A stretch of 48,042 nucleotides of DNA, from NCBI GenBank assembly GCA_031263025.1, contig JAISGO010000036.1, positions 1 to 48,042 of the forward strand. Reading direction: 5' to 3'. This DNA comes from Coriobacteriales bacterium (GTDB lineage Bacteria > Actinomycetota > Coriobacteriia > Coriobacteriales > UBA8131). Both the position numbers and the translations under genes were made by a program. The notes beneath the pieces are model-generated. The model ran no database searches. It saw only the letters and a list, made by a program, of their open reading frames with translations, and was not told the DNA's origin. Shown here in pieces: positions 7,778-16,980 of the stretch; positions within the stretch are counted from its first letter, which is position 1; every line of letters starts with the position of its first letter.

Positions 7778-10729
7778 ATGGCTAAACTTACCGATTTTGT
7801 GGAGACCCTGATCAGTGAAGTGGGAGTGGCTCCGGGCGGCTCCTTGGCCGAGCAGAAAGTCGCAGAGCTGTGTGAGGACGCCCTACAGAGTAGCGGCCTG
7901 CCCACCCAAGCCCAAGAATTCACGGCTTGCCTGCGCGATGATTTCAGCCCCTTGCTCCTGTTCTTGCTCTCCACCTTGGCCTGTGTGCTGGCTTTTTTCG
8001 GTATCCTGCCGAGTCCTATCCTTTTCATCCTGGCCTTGCTCGCGGTCTTGCTCCTGGTCTTGGGCTATTTCAACATCGATCCTTTGACCCATGTCTCGGC
8101 CAATGCGGCCAGTCAGAACGTGATTGCCCGTTATGTGCCCGAAGGAGTCTCTCCGAGCAGCCGAGTGGTTTTGGTAGCGCAGATGGATTCGACCCGCGCC
8201 AAGGCTTTCGCAAAAGTCGGCAGCTCCAAGGCTTTCCGCCAGCTGCGTCTAGCCGCCTGTGTGGCGGTAGTGCTCGCTTTCGTGCTTACTTTTCTCAATA
8301 TCCTGCCCCTCGGCGGGCCTTTCGCGATGGCGGTGAGCTTGCTATGCCTGCTTGACGGTCTTTTCCTGCTCTTTAATCTTATTGTCACCCTGAAAGATGC
8401 TTTTACTGGCTATGCGCCCGGGGCTGCCTATAATTATTCCTCCCTCGCCGCCTTGACTGGAGTGGCCGAGCGTTTGGCCGCAGGCGGCGGTTATGCCCGT
8501 ACACCGGCCGACCTTTCGGTCCCACTTGCGCCAGCGCCAGAAGAAAGTCCGGTGAGCGGGGCGCAGGCGGCGCCTGTCTCCGGCCATGACAAAATCCGCC
8601 CAGGACTTCCGCTCCAGCCAGAGATAGGTAGTACCCCCACCAGTACCCCCTACCGCAAAGATCGCTCCACCGATACGGCCGGGACTTCTCTTAGTGCTGT
8701 GCTGCCGAAGCCTCGTGAGCGCGCGGTTCGCAGTGCCCAAATCCCTCTAGCCAACTCCGCCGCGACTGCGCTCCCCGCCAGCGCAGGCGCCGTGGCCACT
8801 GTTTCGGACCAGTCCGCTGAGGTGACTGGTCAGCTGCCTCTCGGCCAGATCAGCGCGCGCGAACGGATTGCCTTTCTGCGTGAACGGGGTAAGGCCAAAC
8901 AAACCGACTCAGCCTCGATCTCAGAGCAAACCGCCGCCGAAGCCGAAGACGACCTGCCGATGGCTAAGCCCGCTCAGGAGCAGTTGCCGGACGGAGCCCA
9001 CATCAAAGTACGCCCGCCCATCTCCGAGCAGCTTCGCTTTACCGAGATGACCTTGGAAAAGGCCCGCCAAGAAGGCCTGGTGCAAGACCAGCCCACCAAG
9101 GTCACCCCCTCCTGGTTTGCCACTGGCCTTGCCAAAGCGAAACATAACGAAGAGCTCCATCCCGGGAGACCTGCCCCAGACCTCGATCAGATCCGTTCCC
9201 GTCTGGCCACTGCAGAGGCTTTTGTCGAGCCCACGCCGCCGGCTGCTGAGTCGGATACCGCGTCTGAGCCTGAGCCAGACTCGCGTCCCCTCAATCCGCT
9301 CCGTCCAGCATCTGAGCAGGGCCTTTTTGAGGCCCTGCCGCGCAGTGCCTCTGCGCTTTCCGACGCTGCCATGACACCGTCCTCCAACCCTGCCTTGAAG
9401 ATCGGCGCGCCGGCGTCGATTGCGGCGCCCTTGGGTGCTACCCAAGCAATCCCGGCGATTGATTTGAGCGGTCTTGCGGACACTGAGCTCGAAGCTTTGG
9501 GTGCGCCTGGGGCCCCCAAAGCTTCGGCGGGTTTAGACCAAGCCTCCGGAGCCAGCCTTACAGCCGCTACACGTGCCGACAATCCCATCTTGGACAATAG
9601 CCAGGCTATCGCGGCCGTGATGATGCAGGATGAAGCCTTGCCGCTTGACCAGGAGAACCCCCTCAACAACACCCAGAGCATCCCCACTATTCCTGATTTC
9701 GACAACCTCGCCCGGGCCGAGCGCGAAAGCGAGGGGCCTGCCACCTCCGAGACGCCAGCCGGTCAGGACACAGCAGCGACAGCGGGAGCTCCGGTGCCTG
9801 CTCTCGCTGCGAACACATCTTCCCTTAAGGCCGCCCCCCGCCCTGGCATGACCTCTGATGACCAGGATGAGGCATCCAATCAGACCGGGTCCTTTGCACC
9901 CCTGGCCGCTACGGGTATCATCAAGGCGGTCAGCCCCGATGATCTTGCCGCAGACCGCGGATCTGACCAAATTATGCCCGATATGATCATCGCCGACGCC
10001 GCTCCCGTCGAGGCGCGGGGCCATGATAGCGCGGGCGCCGCCGCCCATAGCGGGATGCTCAATATGCCTGAACAGCGTCATGGGCTGTTCGCCCGTTTCG
10101 GCCATAAGAAGCGGGAACAGGCCGCAGATCAGGCTGATCCCTGGGCGGATCTGGCTGACGTGCGTGAAGAGGGCAAACAGATCGGGTCCTGGGACAACTT
10201 CAATGACGAAGACGATAGTTGGCAGGGCGGCGCTTTCGGAGGTTCTGAACAGCAGAACCAGCAAGCCCTGCGCAGCGCCAGCCGCGCCCTCCTTGATAAG
10301 GAGGTATGGCTTGTGGCCCTTGGTTCAAGTAATAACCACCAAAGCGGTATGCGCAAGCTGATCGAGCAATTCCCCGAGGAGATGAAGCGCTCCAAGGTGG
10401 TTAACCTGGCTTCGTTGGGTGCTGGCGACTTAAGCGTAACCACGGTCGAGGGTTTCCCCCATGCCTATAGCACCGACAAGCGCCTCCAGCGCACCCTAAG
10501 CGCAGCGGGGGAAGCGAGCGACCAACGCATCGCCGCCTGTGCGCTTCAGACTGTCGAGACGCCGGCGACCGAGGCCCTGCGTCATAGTATTCGGGCCCTT
10601 AGCCTGATTGGCCTTGAAGACGGTTTCCCGGCGGGTTATGGTCGCAGCGATGACCTCCCGGTTCGCCTGGATGACGAACAGCTGGAGCGGGCCTGCGATC
10701 TTCTGGTCGAAGCTCTAAAGAGCCTGTAG
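7778..10729 (+). CDS. Membrane-anchored M28-peptidase-fold protein with ~600-aa low-complexity insert; metal ligands appear lost
   Basis: SQNVIARY...VVLVAQMDS, PGAAYNYSS, EVWLVALGS, VVNLASLGAG; 4 TM helices; Ala/Pro/Ser/Asp-rich middle. Confidence 0.7.
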   Translation: MAKLTDFVETLISEVGVAPGGSLAEQKVAELCEDALQSSGLPTQAQEFTACLRDDFSPLLLFLLSTLACVLAFFGILPSPILFILALLAVLLLVLGYFNIDPLTHVSANAASQNVIARYVPEGVSPSSRVVLVAQMDSTRAKAFAKVGSSKAFRQLRLAACVAVVLAFVLTFLNILPLGGPFAMAVSLLCLLDGLFLLFNLIVTLKDAFTGYAPGAAYNYSSLAALTGVAERLAAGGGYARTPADLSVPLAPAPEESPVSGAQAAPVSGHDKIRPGLPLQPEIGSTPTSTPYRKDRSTDTAGTSLSAVLPKPRERAVRSAQIPLANSAATALPASAGAVATVSDQSAEVTGQLPLGQISARERIAFLRERGKAKQTDSASISEQTAAEAEDDLPMAKPAQEQLPDGAHIKVRPPISEQLRFTEMTLEKARQEGLVQDQPTKVTPSWFATGLAKAKHNEELHPGRPAPDLDQIRSRLATAEAFVEPTPPAAESDTASEPEPDSRPLNPLRPASEQGLFEALPRSASALSDAAMTPSSNPALKIGAPASIAAPLGATQAIPAIDLSGLADTELEALGAPGAPKASAGLDQASGASLTAATRADNPILDNSQAIAAVMMQDEALPLDQENPLNNTQSIPTIPDFDNLARAERESEGPATSETPAGQDTAATAGAPVPALAANTSSLKAAPRPGMTSDDQDEASNQTGSFAPLAATGIIKAVSPDDLAADRGSDQIMPDMIIADAAPVEARGHDSAGAAAHSGMLNMPEQRHGLFARFGHKKREQAADQADPWADLADVREEGKQIGSWDNFNDEDDSWQGGAFGGSEQQNQQALRSASRALLDKEVWLVALGSSNNHQSGMRKLIEQFPEEMKRSKVVNLASLGAGDLSVTTVEGFPHAYSTDKRLQRTLSAAGEASDQRIAACALQTVETPATEALRHSIRALSLIGLEDGFPAGYGRSDDLPVRLDDEQLERACDLLVEALKSL

Positions 10730-10740
10730 GAGGGGGCGTC

Positions 10741-11409
10741 ATGAATATCATCATCTGCGGCTGCGGACGAGTCGGTTCGCAGCTAGCCTTACGTTTTAAT
10801 GGCAGTGCGGACAGCGTGGTGGTGGTTGACCGCAGTCCAGCTTCTTTTCGTAACTTAGGCCAGGATTTCTCCGGCCGTACCGTGACCGGGGTGGCTTTCG
10901 ATGAGGATGTCTTGGCCGAGGCCGGTATTGATGAGGCCGATGTGGTGGCGGCGGTGACCGACTCGGATAATTCCAACCTGATGATTGCCGAGGTGGCCTC
11001 CAAGCTGCATACGGTTCCACATGTCCTGGTGCGCCTCTACAACCCTTCCCGGGCTGACGCCTATCTCCAGCTCGGCCTTGATTATGTTTGTGGCACTGAG
11101 CTTGTGGCCGACGCCATCTATGATAAGATCACCTCTGAGTATGGTGGCTTTGTGACTCGTTTCTATGATTACGAGGTGATGCGCTTTGCCCTTGACCTCA
11201 GCAGCATCGGGGCCGAAAGTGTCACTATCGATGCCCTTGAGCAGCCCCATCGGTTCAAGATCATCGCCTTTAGCCGCAAGGATTCAAGCGCCAATTCTAT
11301 CCCCGATGCCGATAGCATCCTCAAATCAGGGGACATCGTGTTGGCTTGCGTGCATCATAGTTTACTGCCTAAGATCAATAGGTTCATGTCATTCGGACAG
11401 GAGGGCTGA
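10741..11409 (+). CDS. TrkA/KtrA family potassium-uptake regulatory protein (RCK_N + RCK_C)
   Basis: IIICGCGRVG Rossmann motif; AGIDEADVVAAVTDSDNSN. Confidence 0.9.
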   Translation: MNIIICGCGRVGSQLALRFNGSADSVVVVDRSPASFRNLGQDFSGRTVTGVAFDEDVLAEAGIDEADVVAAVTDSDNSNLMIAEVASKLHTVPHVLVRLYNPSRADAYLQLGLDYVCGTELVADAIYDKITSEYGGFVTRFYDYEVMRFALDLSSIGAESVTIDALEQPHRFKIIAFSRKDSSANSIPDADSILKSGDIVLACVHHSLLPKINRFMSFGQEG

Positions 11410-11414
11410 GGCCG

Positions 11415-11828
11415 ATGTACATCGTGATCAACGGAGGCGGTAAGATCGGTGAGTTCCTCGCTGCGGAGTTGCTCGAACAAGGCAATGCGGTAGCAGTGAT
11501 TGAGAAGAATCCGAAGAAAGCCGAGCGCCTTTCGCTCCTACTCGAGAAAGCGGTGTTGGTCATTAACGGCGATGGCTGCGACTCGACGGTGCAGGCCGAG
11601 GCCGGTGTTGATAACGCTGATGTCTTCGTGGCGACCACCGGTGCTGATGATGTTAACTTAGTCTCCGCCGAGATCGCCACGATCATCCATTCAGCCAAAC
11701 GCTGCATTGCCCGGGTCAATAACCCCAAAAATGAGCGCATCTTCAACAAGATAGGGGTGAAGGCGGTTTCCTCGACCACGGTGATCGCCCGTATCATCGA
11801 AAACGACTTCGCCCATCAATCTGAGTAA
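11415..11828 (+). CDS. TrkA-family protein, RCK_N domain only
   Basis: IVINGGGKIG, GDGCD, AGVDNADVFVATTGADDVN, IARVNNPKNE; ends after 137 aa. Confidence 0.88.
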   Translation: MYIVINGGGKIGEFLAAELLEQGNAVAVIEKNPKKAERLSLLLEKAVLVINGDGCDSTVQAEAGVDNADVFVATTGADDVNLVSAEIATIIHSAKRCIARVNNPKNERIFNKIGVKAVSSTTVIARIIENDFAHQSE

Positions 11829-11987
11829 GCCCCAAGCTTATTTCAGTGGGCTACCCCAACTTTCCCAGACGCAGGAAACCCCCTGCGTGTTCTTGTGGCG
11901 TTTTGGAAGAGGGCGAAAACGCAACAGCCTTTTTTAGGTGAGGGCCTGATTTTGGCCTTTTTTCGCGAGCAGACTCTTACTGATTGA

Positions 11988-12033
11988 CTACAATATCTAC
12001 ACAGAAAAAAGACGATACCACAAGATATTGTGG
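11988..12033 (+). promoter_or_regulatory. Tandem NrdR boxes upstream of nrdD
   Basis: CCACAAGATATTGTGG (12018-12033) fits the acaCwAtATaTwGtg consensus; weaker CTACAATATCTACACA (11988-12003) lies 30 bp upstream. Confidence 0.75.
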
Positions 12034-12048
12034 TTGAAAGGAAGCGAA

Positions 12049-14448
12049 ATGAAAGAAGTACAGGAAAACGCCAAGGTTCTTGTGGAGGCTCCGCTAGTCA
12101 TCAAGAAGCGTGACGGCGAGCTCCAAGAGTTCAACACCGCGAAGATCGCTGCGGCCATCGAGAAGGCTTTCGTGGCCGAGAACGCTGATCGCGCCAACAA
12201 CGATTATGCTGACCTTGCGGACCAGGTCGTGGCCAAGATTGCCGATGGTGCCATCGAGGGCACCCCGACCGTCGAAGCCGTCCAAGACTTGGTCGAGACT
12301 GTTTTGGTTGAAAACGGTTTCGTCCAGATCGCCCGGGCCTACATCAAGTATCGTGCTGCACGCAGCCGCGCCCGCGAGATGAACACCGCCCTTATGCATA
12401 AGATCGACGAAATCACCAACTCGGATGCCAAAGACTCCGATGTGATGCGCGAGAATGCCAATATCGACGCCAATACCGCCATGGGTACCATGCTCAAGTA
12501 TGGCTCCGAGACCGCCAAGCAGTACTATAAGACTGCTGTGATTCCGGCCAATATCGCCAAGGCCCACGATGACGGCGACATCCATATCCATGATATGGAC
12601 TTTTACACCTTAACCACCACCTGCACCCAAATCGACCTGCTCAAACTCTTCAAGGGCGGTTTTTCCACCGGTCACGGCGTGCTGCGCGAGCCCACTACCA
12701 TCACTTCCTATGCCGCTCTGGCCTGCATTGCCATCCAGTCTAACCAAAACGACCAACACGGCGGCCAGTCCATCTGCAACTTTGATTATTCGATGGCCGA
12801 GGGCGTGGCCAAAAGCTACGTGCGTGCCTACCGCAAAAACCTTGCCGCCGGCCTTGAGCTGATTGCAGACCTCAAAGACGCCGCTGACAAGGCTAAAGCC
12901 ATCGTGACCGACGCCACCAAGAAGGCCGGGGTGAGGCCCTCCCTGGAGATGGCTGACAAATACGTCAAGGCTGAGCACAAACTACTCACCGGCACTTACA
13001 AGCTGACCGCTGAGCAAGCCAAACGGGTTCAGCAGTTTGCAGCCAAGCAGGCCTGGGCTGACACCGACAAGACCACCCACCAGGCCATGGAAGCTTTCAT
13101 CCACAACCTCAACACCATGCATTCCCGCGCCGGCGCCCAGACCCCTTTCTCCTCCATTAACTACGGCATGGACACCACGCCGGAGGGCCGCATGGCCATG
13201 CGCAACGTGATGTTGGCCACCGAAGAGGGTCTTGGCAACGGTGAGACCCCAATCTTCCCGATTCAGATCTTCAAGGTCAAGGAGGGGGTTAACTACAATC
13301 CCTCTGACCCCAACTACGACCTCTTCAAGCAGGCCATGAAGGTCTCGGCTAAACGCCTCTTCCCCAACTTCTCTTTCATCGACTCGCCTTTCAACGCCCA
13401 GTACTACAAGGGCACGCCGGAGACTGAGATTGCCTACATGGGCTGCCGCACCCGCGTCATGGCTAATGTGGCTGACCCCGACAACGAGATCACCAATGGT
13501 CGCGGCAACCTTTCCTTTACATCCATCAACCTGCCGCGTCTTGGCATTCGGGCTAAACACGACATCAACCTCTTCTACGAGCTGCTTGACCAGAAGCTCG
13601 AGTTGGTGGCCGATCAGCTCTTGCAGCGTTTCGAGATCCAGTGCAAGAAGAAGGTCTACAACATGCCATTCTTGATGGGGCAGGGGGTCTGGCTCGGCTC
13701 GGAGAACCTGCGCTGGGATGATGAGGTGCGCAGCGTCCTCAAGGAAGGCACCCTCACGGTCGGCTTCATCGGCTTGGCCGAGACTTTGGTTGCCCTGATC
13801 GGCGAGCATCATGGCCAGAGCGTGCGCGCCCAGAACCTGGGCCTGGACATCATTGGTCATATGCGCAAGTTCTGCGACAAGAAAGCCGAGCAGACCAAGC
13901 TCAATTTCTCCCTGATCGCGACTCCGGCCGAGGGCCTGTCTGGGCGTTTCGTCCTGATCGACCGCAAGAAATACGGCAGTCTCCCCGGTATTACCGATCG
14001 TGACTATTACACCAACAGTTTCCATGTGCCGGTCTACTATGACATCAACGCTTTCAAGAAGATCGAGATCGAGGCCCCCTACCACGCCCTCACTAACGGC
14101 GGACACATCTCTTATATCGAGTTGGACGGCGACCCGACCAAGAACCTCGACGCTTTCGAGGCGGTGGTGCGCCACATGCACGACTGCGGCTTCGGCTACG
14201 GCGCCATCAACCACCCAGTCGACCGTGACCCGGTCTGCGGCTTCAACGGCATTATCGACGACGCCTGCCCGGCTTGCGGCCGTACCGAGGATGACGGGGA
14301 CATGGGCTTCGAGCGTATCCGCCGGATTACCGGTTATCTGGTCGGCACCCTCGGCCATTTCAATAATGGCAAGCGCGCCGAGGAACATGACCGGGTCAAG
14401 CACGGTGTGACCAAGCTTGACATCGCCTCTGAAGAGCCTAAAGCCTAA
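12049..14448 (+). CDS. nrdD: Class III anaerobic ribonucleoside-triphosphate reductase with N-terminal ATP cone
   Basis: VIKKRDG ATP cone; IHIHDMDF; MGCRT; GRGNLSFTSINLPR; ATPAEGL; RRITGYL glycyl-radical loop; ATG 12049 after SD AAAGGAAG. Confidence 0.97.
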   Translation: MKEVQENAKVLVEAPLVIKKRDGELQEFNTAKIAAAIEKAFVAENADRANNDYADLADQVVAKIADGAIEGTPTVEAVQDLVETVLVENGFVQIARAYIKYRAARSRAREMNTALMHKIDEITNSDAKDSDVMRENANIDANTAMGTMLKYGSETAKQYYKTAVIPANIAKAHDDGDIHIHDMDFYTLTTTCTQIDLLKLFKGGFSTGHGVLREPTTITSYAALACIAIQSNQNDQHGGQSICNFDYSMAEGVAKSYVRAYRKNLAAGLELIADLKDAADKAKAIVTDATKKAGVRPSLEMADKYVKAEHKLLTGTYKLTAEQAKRVQQFAAKQAWADTDKTTHQAMEAFIHNLNTMHSRAGAQTPFSSINYGMDTTPEGRMAMRNVMLATEEGLGNGETPIFPIQIFKVKEGVNYNPSDPNYDLFKQAMKVSAKRLFPNFSFIDSPFNAQYYKGTPETEIAYMGCRTRVMANVADPDNEITNGRGNLSFTSINLPRLGIRAKHDINLFYELLDQKLELVADQLLQRFEIQCKKKVYNMPFLMGQGVWLGSENLRWDDEVRSVLKEGTLTVGFIGLAETLVALIGEHHGQSVRAQNLGLDIIGHMRKFCDKKAEQTKLNFSLIATPAEGLSGRFVLIDRKKYGSLPGITDRDYYTNSFHVPVYYDINAFKKIEIEAPYHALTNGGHISYIELDGDPTKNLDAFEAVVRHMHDCGFGYGAINHPVDRDPVCGFNGIIDDACPACGRTEDDGDMGFERIRRITGYLVGTLGHFNNGKRAEEHDRVKHGVTKLDIASEEPKA

Positions 14449-14487
14449 AACGACTGCCCAAACGCCCAAGTTCAGGCTGTGATGTCA

Positions 14488-14517
14488 AAGCCCCCAGGCT
14501 AATTAGCCTGGGGGCTT
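14488..14517 (+). terminator. Stem-loop downstream of nrdD
   Basis: Perfect 30-bp palindrome AAGCCCCCAGGCTAA/TTAGCCTGGGGGCTT. Confidence 0.65.
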
Positions 14518-14520
14518 GCG

Positions 14521-14670
14521 TCTATCAAAGGAATCTTTCATTTGAACATTCAGCCTTTTAAGGCACGGGCGATTGTCAAACGCCTGGCAACTTGAAAATC
14601 GCCTGTGCCTTAAAAGGCTCCTCTGGGCCATATGTTCAATGTATCAAATGAAACGGGCCATTGATACATT
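14521..14670. repeat. REPIN/MITE-like inverted structure
   Basis: Inverted T.TATCAAA..TTGA units at 14521-14550 and 14638-14670 enclose a 23-bp stem (14552-14574/14597-14619). Confidence 0.6.
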
Positions 14671-14704
14671 GCGGCCCGGTGGCTTGTGCTATGCTAGGGA
14701 ACCC

Positions 14705-14989
14705 ATGGATGAAGCAAGTGCAAAGACAACTAAGGCGCATCCGCCAGATTATTATTCGGAGGACTTTGGCCTGCTCCAGCGCATGATCGATGCCCTCTAT
14801 CAAGATCGTCGTCTGGTCAGCCGCTTGGATATCTTGACCTACGGCGAGAGCTTCGATCTACCAGCCGATCTGCAGGAGCTTCTGACCTTGTTGCCGCCCC
14901 AGCGCTATAGCCGACAGAGATTAGCTGACCAGCTTAATTCCGCTATCTCTGGTCACGGCTGGGGCTTGGTCTACGGCACGGTCGAGTAG
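14705..14989 (+). CDS. Small hypothetical protein (94 aa)
   Basis: MDEASAK...SEDFGLLQRMIDALY...LADQLNSAISGHGWG; ATG follows TGCTATGCT extended -10; the longer ORF-track start runs through the palindromic element. Confidence 0.7.
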   Translation: MDEASAKTTKAHPPDYYSEDFGLLQRMIDALYQDRRLVSRLDILTYGESFDLPADLQELLTLLPPQRYSRQRLADQLNSAISGHGWGLVYGTVE

Positions 14990-15115
14990 GCCTTTCCCGG
15001 TCTCCAAAACACAACCAAACTGGGGCGGCTATGCCAGGCCGCAGCTTAGGTCGGCAGCTCTTCTAGGCCCTTTTCTTGTCTACAATATCTTTCAAGGTGA
15101 AAAGGGTGAGAGGGG

Positions 15116-15631
15116 ATGTTGACGATGTCGATCTATGATTTTAAGGCGCAGGATAATGCCGGTGACGAGATCGCTTTGGATGATTTCGATAACCAAGTGC
15201 TTTTGGTGGTGAACTCCGCGCCGGATTCCCGCTACGGCGAAGAACGCGCCGCGCTAGACCGGCTTTACCAAAAATACCAAGCCCAAGGCTTTAGTATCCT
15301 CGACTTTCCCTGTCAGCAATGCCTAGGGCAAAGGGATGGTTCTGCAGACCAGCCCACTTCGATGACAGACGAGTTAAGTCGGCTCGACCAGGCCCTGTCC
15401 TATCCCCGTTTTGCTCCAGTGCAGGTAAACGGCCCGGACGCTGCGCCGCTTTTCAGGTGGTTGAAAGCGCACGACGGAACCCGTTCGGGCAATCTGCTCG
15501 GCCCTTACTGCAAATTCTTGGTTGACCAGAGAGGCGAAGTGGTCGCCCGCTACGATAGCCACCATGATCCAAGTGAGGTCGAGCAGGGGATTGCTGCTCT
15601 GCTTGATGGACCGGTGGGGTTGGGACGTTAA
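15116..15631 (+). CDS. Glutathione peroxidase-family homolog lacking the canonical catalytic residues
   Basis: SIYDF, VLLVVN, GFSILDFPCQQ, VNGPDAAPLFRWLK, KFLVDQRGEVVARY; NSAPDSRY in place of NxAxxCG. Confidence 0.85.
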   Translation: MLTMSIYDFKAQDNAGDEIALDDFDNQVLLVVNSAPDSRYGEERAALDRLYQKYQAQGFSILDFPCQQCLGQRDGSADQPTSMTDELSRLDQALSYPRFAPVQVNGPDAAPLFRWLKAHDGTRSGNLLGPYCKFLVDQRGEVVARYDSHHDPSEVEQGIAALLDGPVGLGR

Positions 15632-15832
15632 TCTGCAGACAAGCTGCTAGAACGAAGCCTGGTGAAAGCAGGGCATCCGGGGCCGTTTTGCCAGATGGGC
15701 ACTAGAATCGTTGTGCCCTGCTTTGCTCTGTTCCGTTTCGGCCGGTTGTTTAGCTAATCCATTTTTTCCTCCTTATCTTCCTCCTTATATCCTCATTTGC
15801 ATTATGGTCTTATATAGATGTATAATGCTTGC

Positions 15833-16240
15833 ATGGAAACCAAGCTCGACAACGACAGACCGATTTACCTCCAGGTGAAAGAGGCGATCGCAGACGCGAT
15901 CTTGGCAGGTGAGTTTGTTCCGGGAAGCGCCATCCCCTCCAATAGCCGCCTGGTTGAACTCTTCAAGATCACCCCGGTCACCGTGCAGAAGGCAAGTGAC
16001 CTACTCGTGGCTGAGGGCTTGGTGCGCAAACAGCGTGGAGTGGGGATGTTCGTGACCGAGGTGGCCCCGAACCTGGTGCGCGAGCGCTACCGCGAGGGTT
16101 TTCGCAGCGACTACCTCGAACCCCTGCTGCACCGTGCCCGCCAGCTGCAGATTGGCTTAAAGGAGCTATGGGCGATGCTCGCCGACCCAGGTGTCGACGA
16201 TATCGATCACGAGAACACGAGGACAAAGGAGCAAGCATGA
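15833..16240 (+). CDS. GntR-family transcriptional regulator (YtrA subfamily)
   Basis: RPIYLQV...ILAGEF.PG..IPS...TVQKA..LL.AEGLV.KQRGVGMFV; short C-terminal domain; first gene of an ABC operon; ATG 6 nt after TATAAT. Confidence 0.9.
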   Translation: METKLDNDRPIYLQVKEAIADAILAGEFVPGSAIPSNSRLVELFKITPVTVQKASDLLVAEGLVRKQRGVGMFVTEVAPNLVRERYREGFRSDYLEPLLHRARQLQIGLKELWAMLADPGVDDIDHENTRTKEQA

Positions 16241-16980
16241 AGATACGTTTTGATGACGTCTCTCTGCGCTATGGCATGTTCGGACGGGGAGTCTCGGCCC
16301 TGCATCGGATTAACCTGGAGATTCCCGATGGCAGGGTCTGTGGCTTACTCGGGCGCAACGGCGCTGGTAAGAGTTCACTTTTAAGCCTGATTGCCGGCTT
16401 ACGTAGACCGAGCGGTGGTAGGGTCAGGGTAGATGGTGAGATTCCCTTTGAGAATAGGCGAATCATGTCCGAGGTCTCTTATATAGGAAGCCACTTCTCC
16501 GACCGCTGGAGCTATCTGAGCGCTCGTGACCTGCTGCGGCTCGCCGGCGCAGTACGACCGGATTGGGATCAGGTCTACGCTGACGAGTTAATCGATCTTT
16601 TCCAGGTGCCCCGCCGGCGTCGTTTGTCCAGCTATTCGACTGGACAGCGGGCCGCCTTTTATTTCGTGCTTGGTTTTGCCGGGCGCAGCCCAATTACCAT
16701 CTTGGATGAGGTTGGGTTAGGTATGGATGCCGTTTTGCGCGAGCGCCTGATCCAGGAGATCCTGCGCGATCTGGCTGCCCACCCCCGCACCCTGATCATC
16801 TCCACCCATTACATCAGCGAAGCCGAACGTCTCTTTGACCAAGTGGTCATCCTCGACCGGGGCCAAATCGCGCTTTGCGAGGAAGCCGATGACCTACGCG
16901 CCGAGCATGGTTCGATTAATGACGCTTTCATCAAACTGACTAAGGGCTCTAGGGTTCTAAAGGAGGCATCCGATGAGTGA
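16237..16980 (+). CDS. ABC transporter ATP-binding protein
   Basis: GLLGRNGAGKSS Walker A, YSTGQR signature, ILDEVGLGMD, STH; ATGA overlap with the gntR stop. Confidence 0.93.
   Translation: MKIRFDDVSLRYGMFGRGVSALHRINLEIPDGRVCGLLGRNGAGKSSLLSLIAGLRRPSGGRVRVDGEIPFENRRIMSEVSYIGSHFSDRWSYLSARDLLRLAGAVRPDWDQVYADELIDLFQVPRRRRLSSYSTGQRAAFYFVLGFAGRSPITILDEVGLGMDAVLRERLIQEILRDLAAHPRTLIISTHYISEAERLFDQVVILDRGQIALCEEADDLRAEHGSINDAFIKLTKGSRVLKEASDE

Noticed and set aside
12982-14469. 495-aa antisense ORF (and similar long antisense ORFs at 22334-23356 and 43556-44797)
   Set aside because: Shadow ORFs opposite highly codon-biased GC-rich genes (nrdD, EF-G paralog, atpD) with no recognisable motifs.
15200-15240. 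Selenocysteine-containing GPx
   Set aside because: The catalytic position is TCC (Ser); there is no in-frame TGA.
15667-15724. AAAGCAGGGCA/TGCCCTGCTTT stem after the GPx homolog as another family member
   Set aside because: It lacks both the apical GxAG-stem-YGA motif and the basal GATAT/ATAG motif; probably an ordinary terminator-like hairpin.
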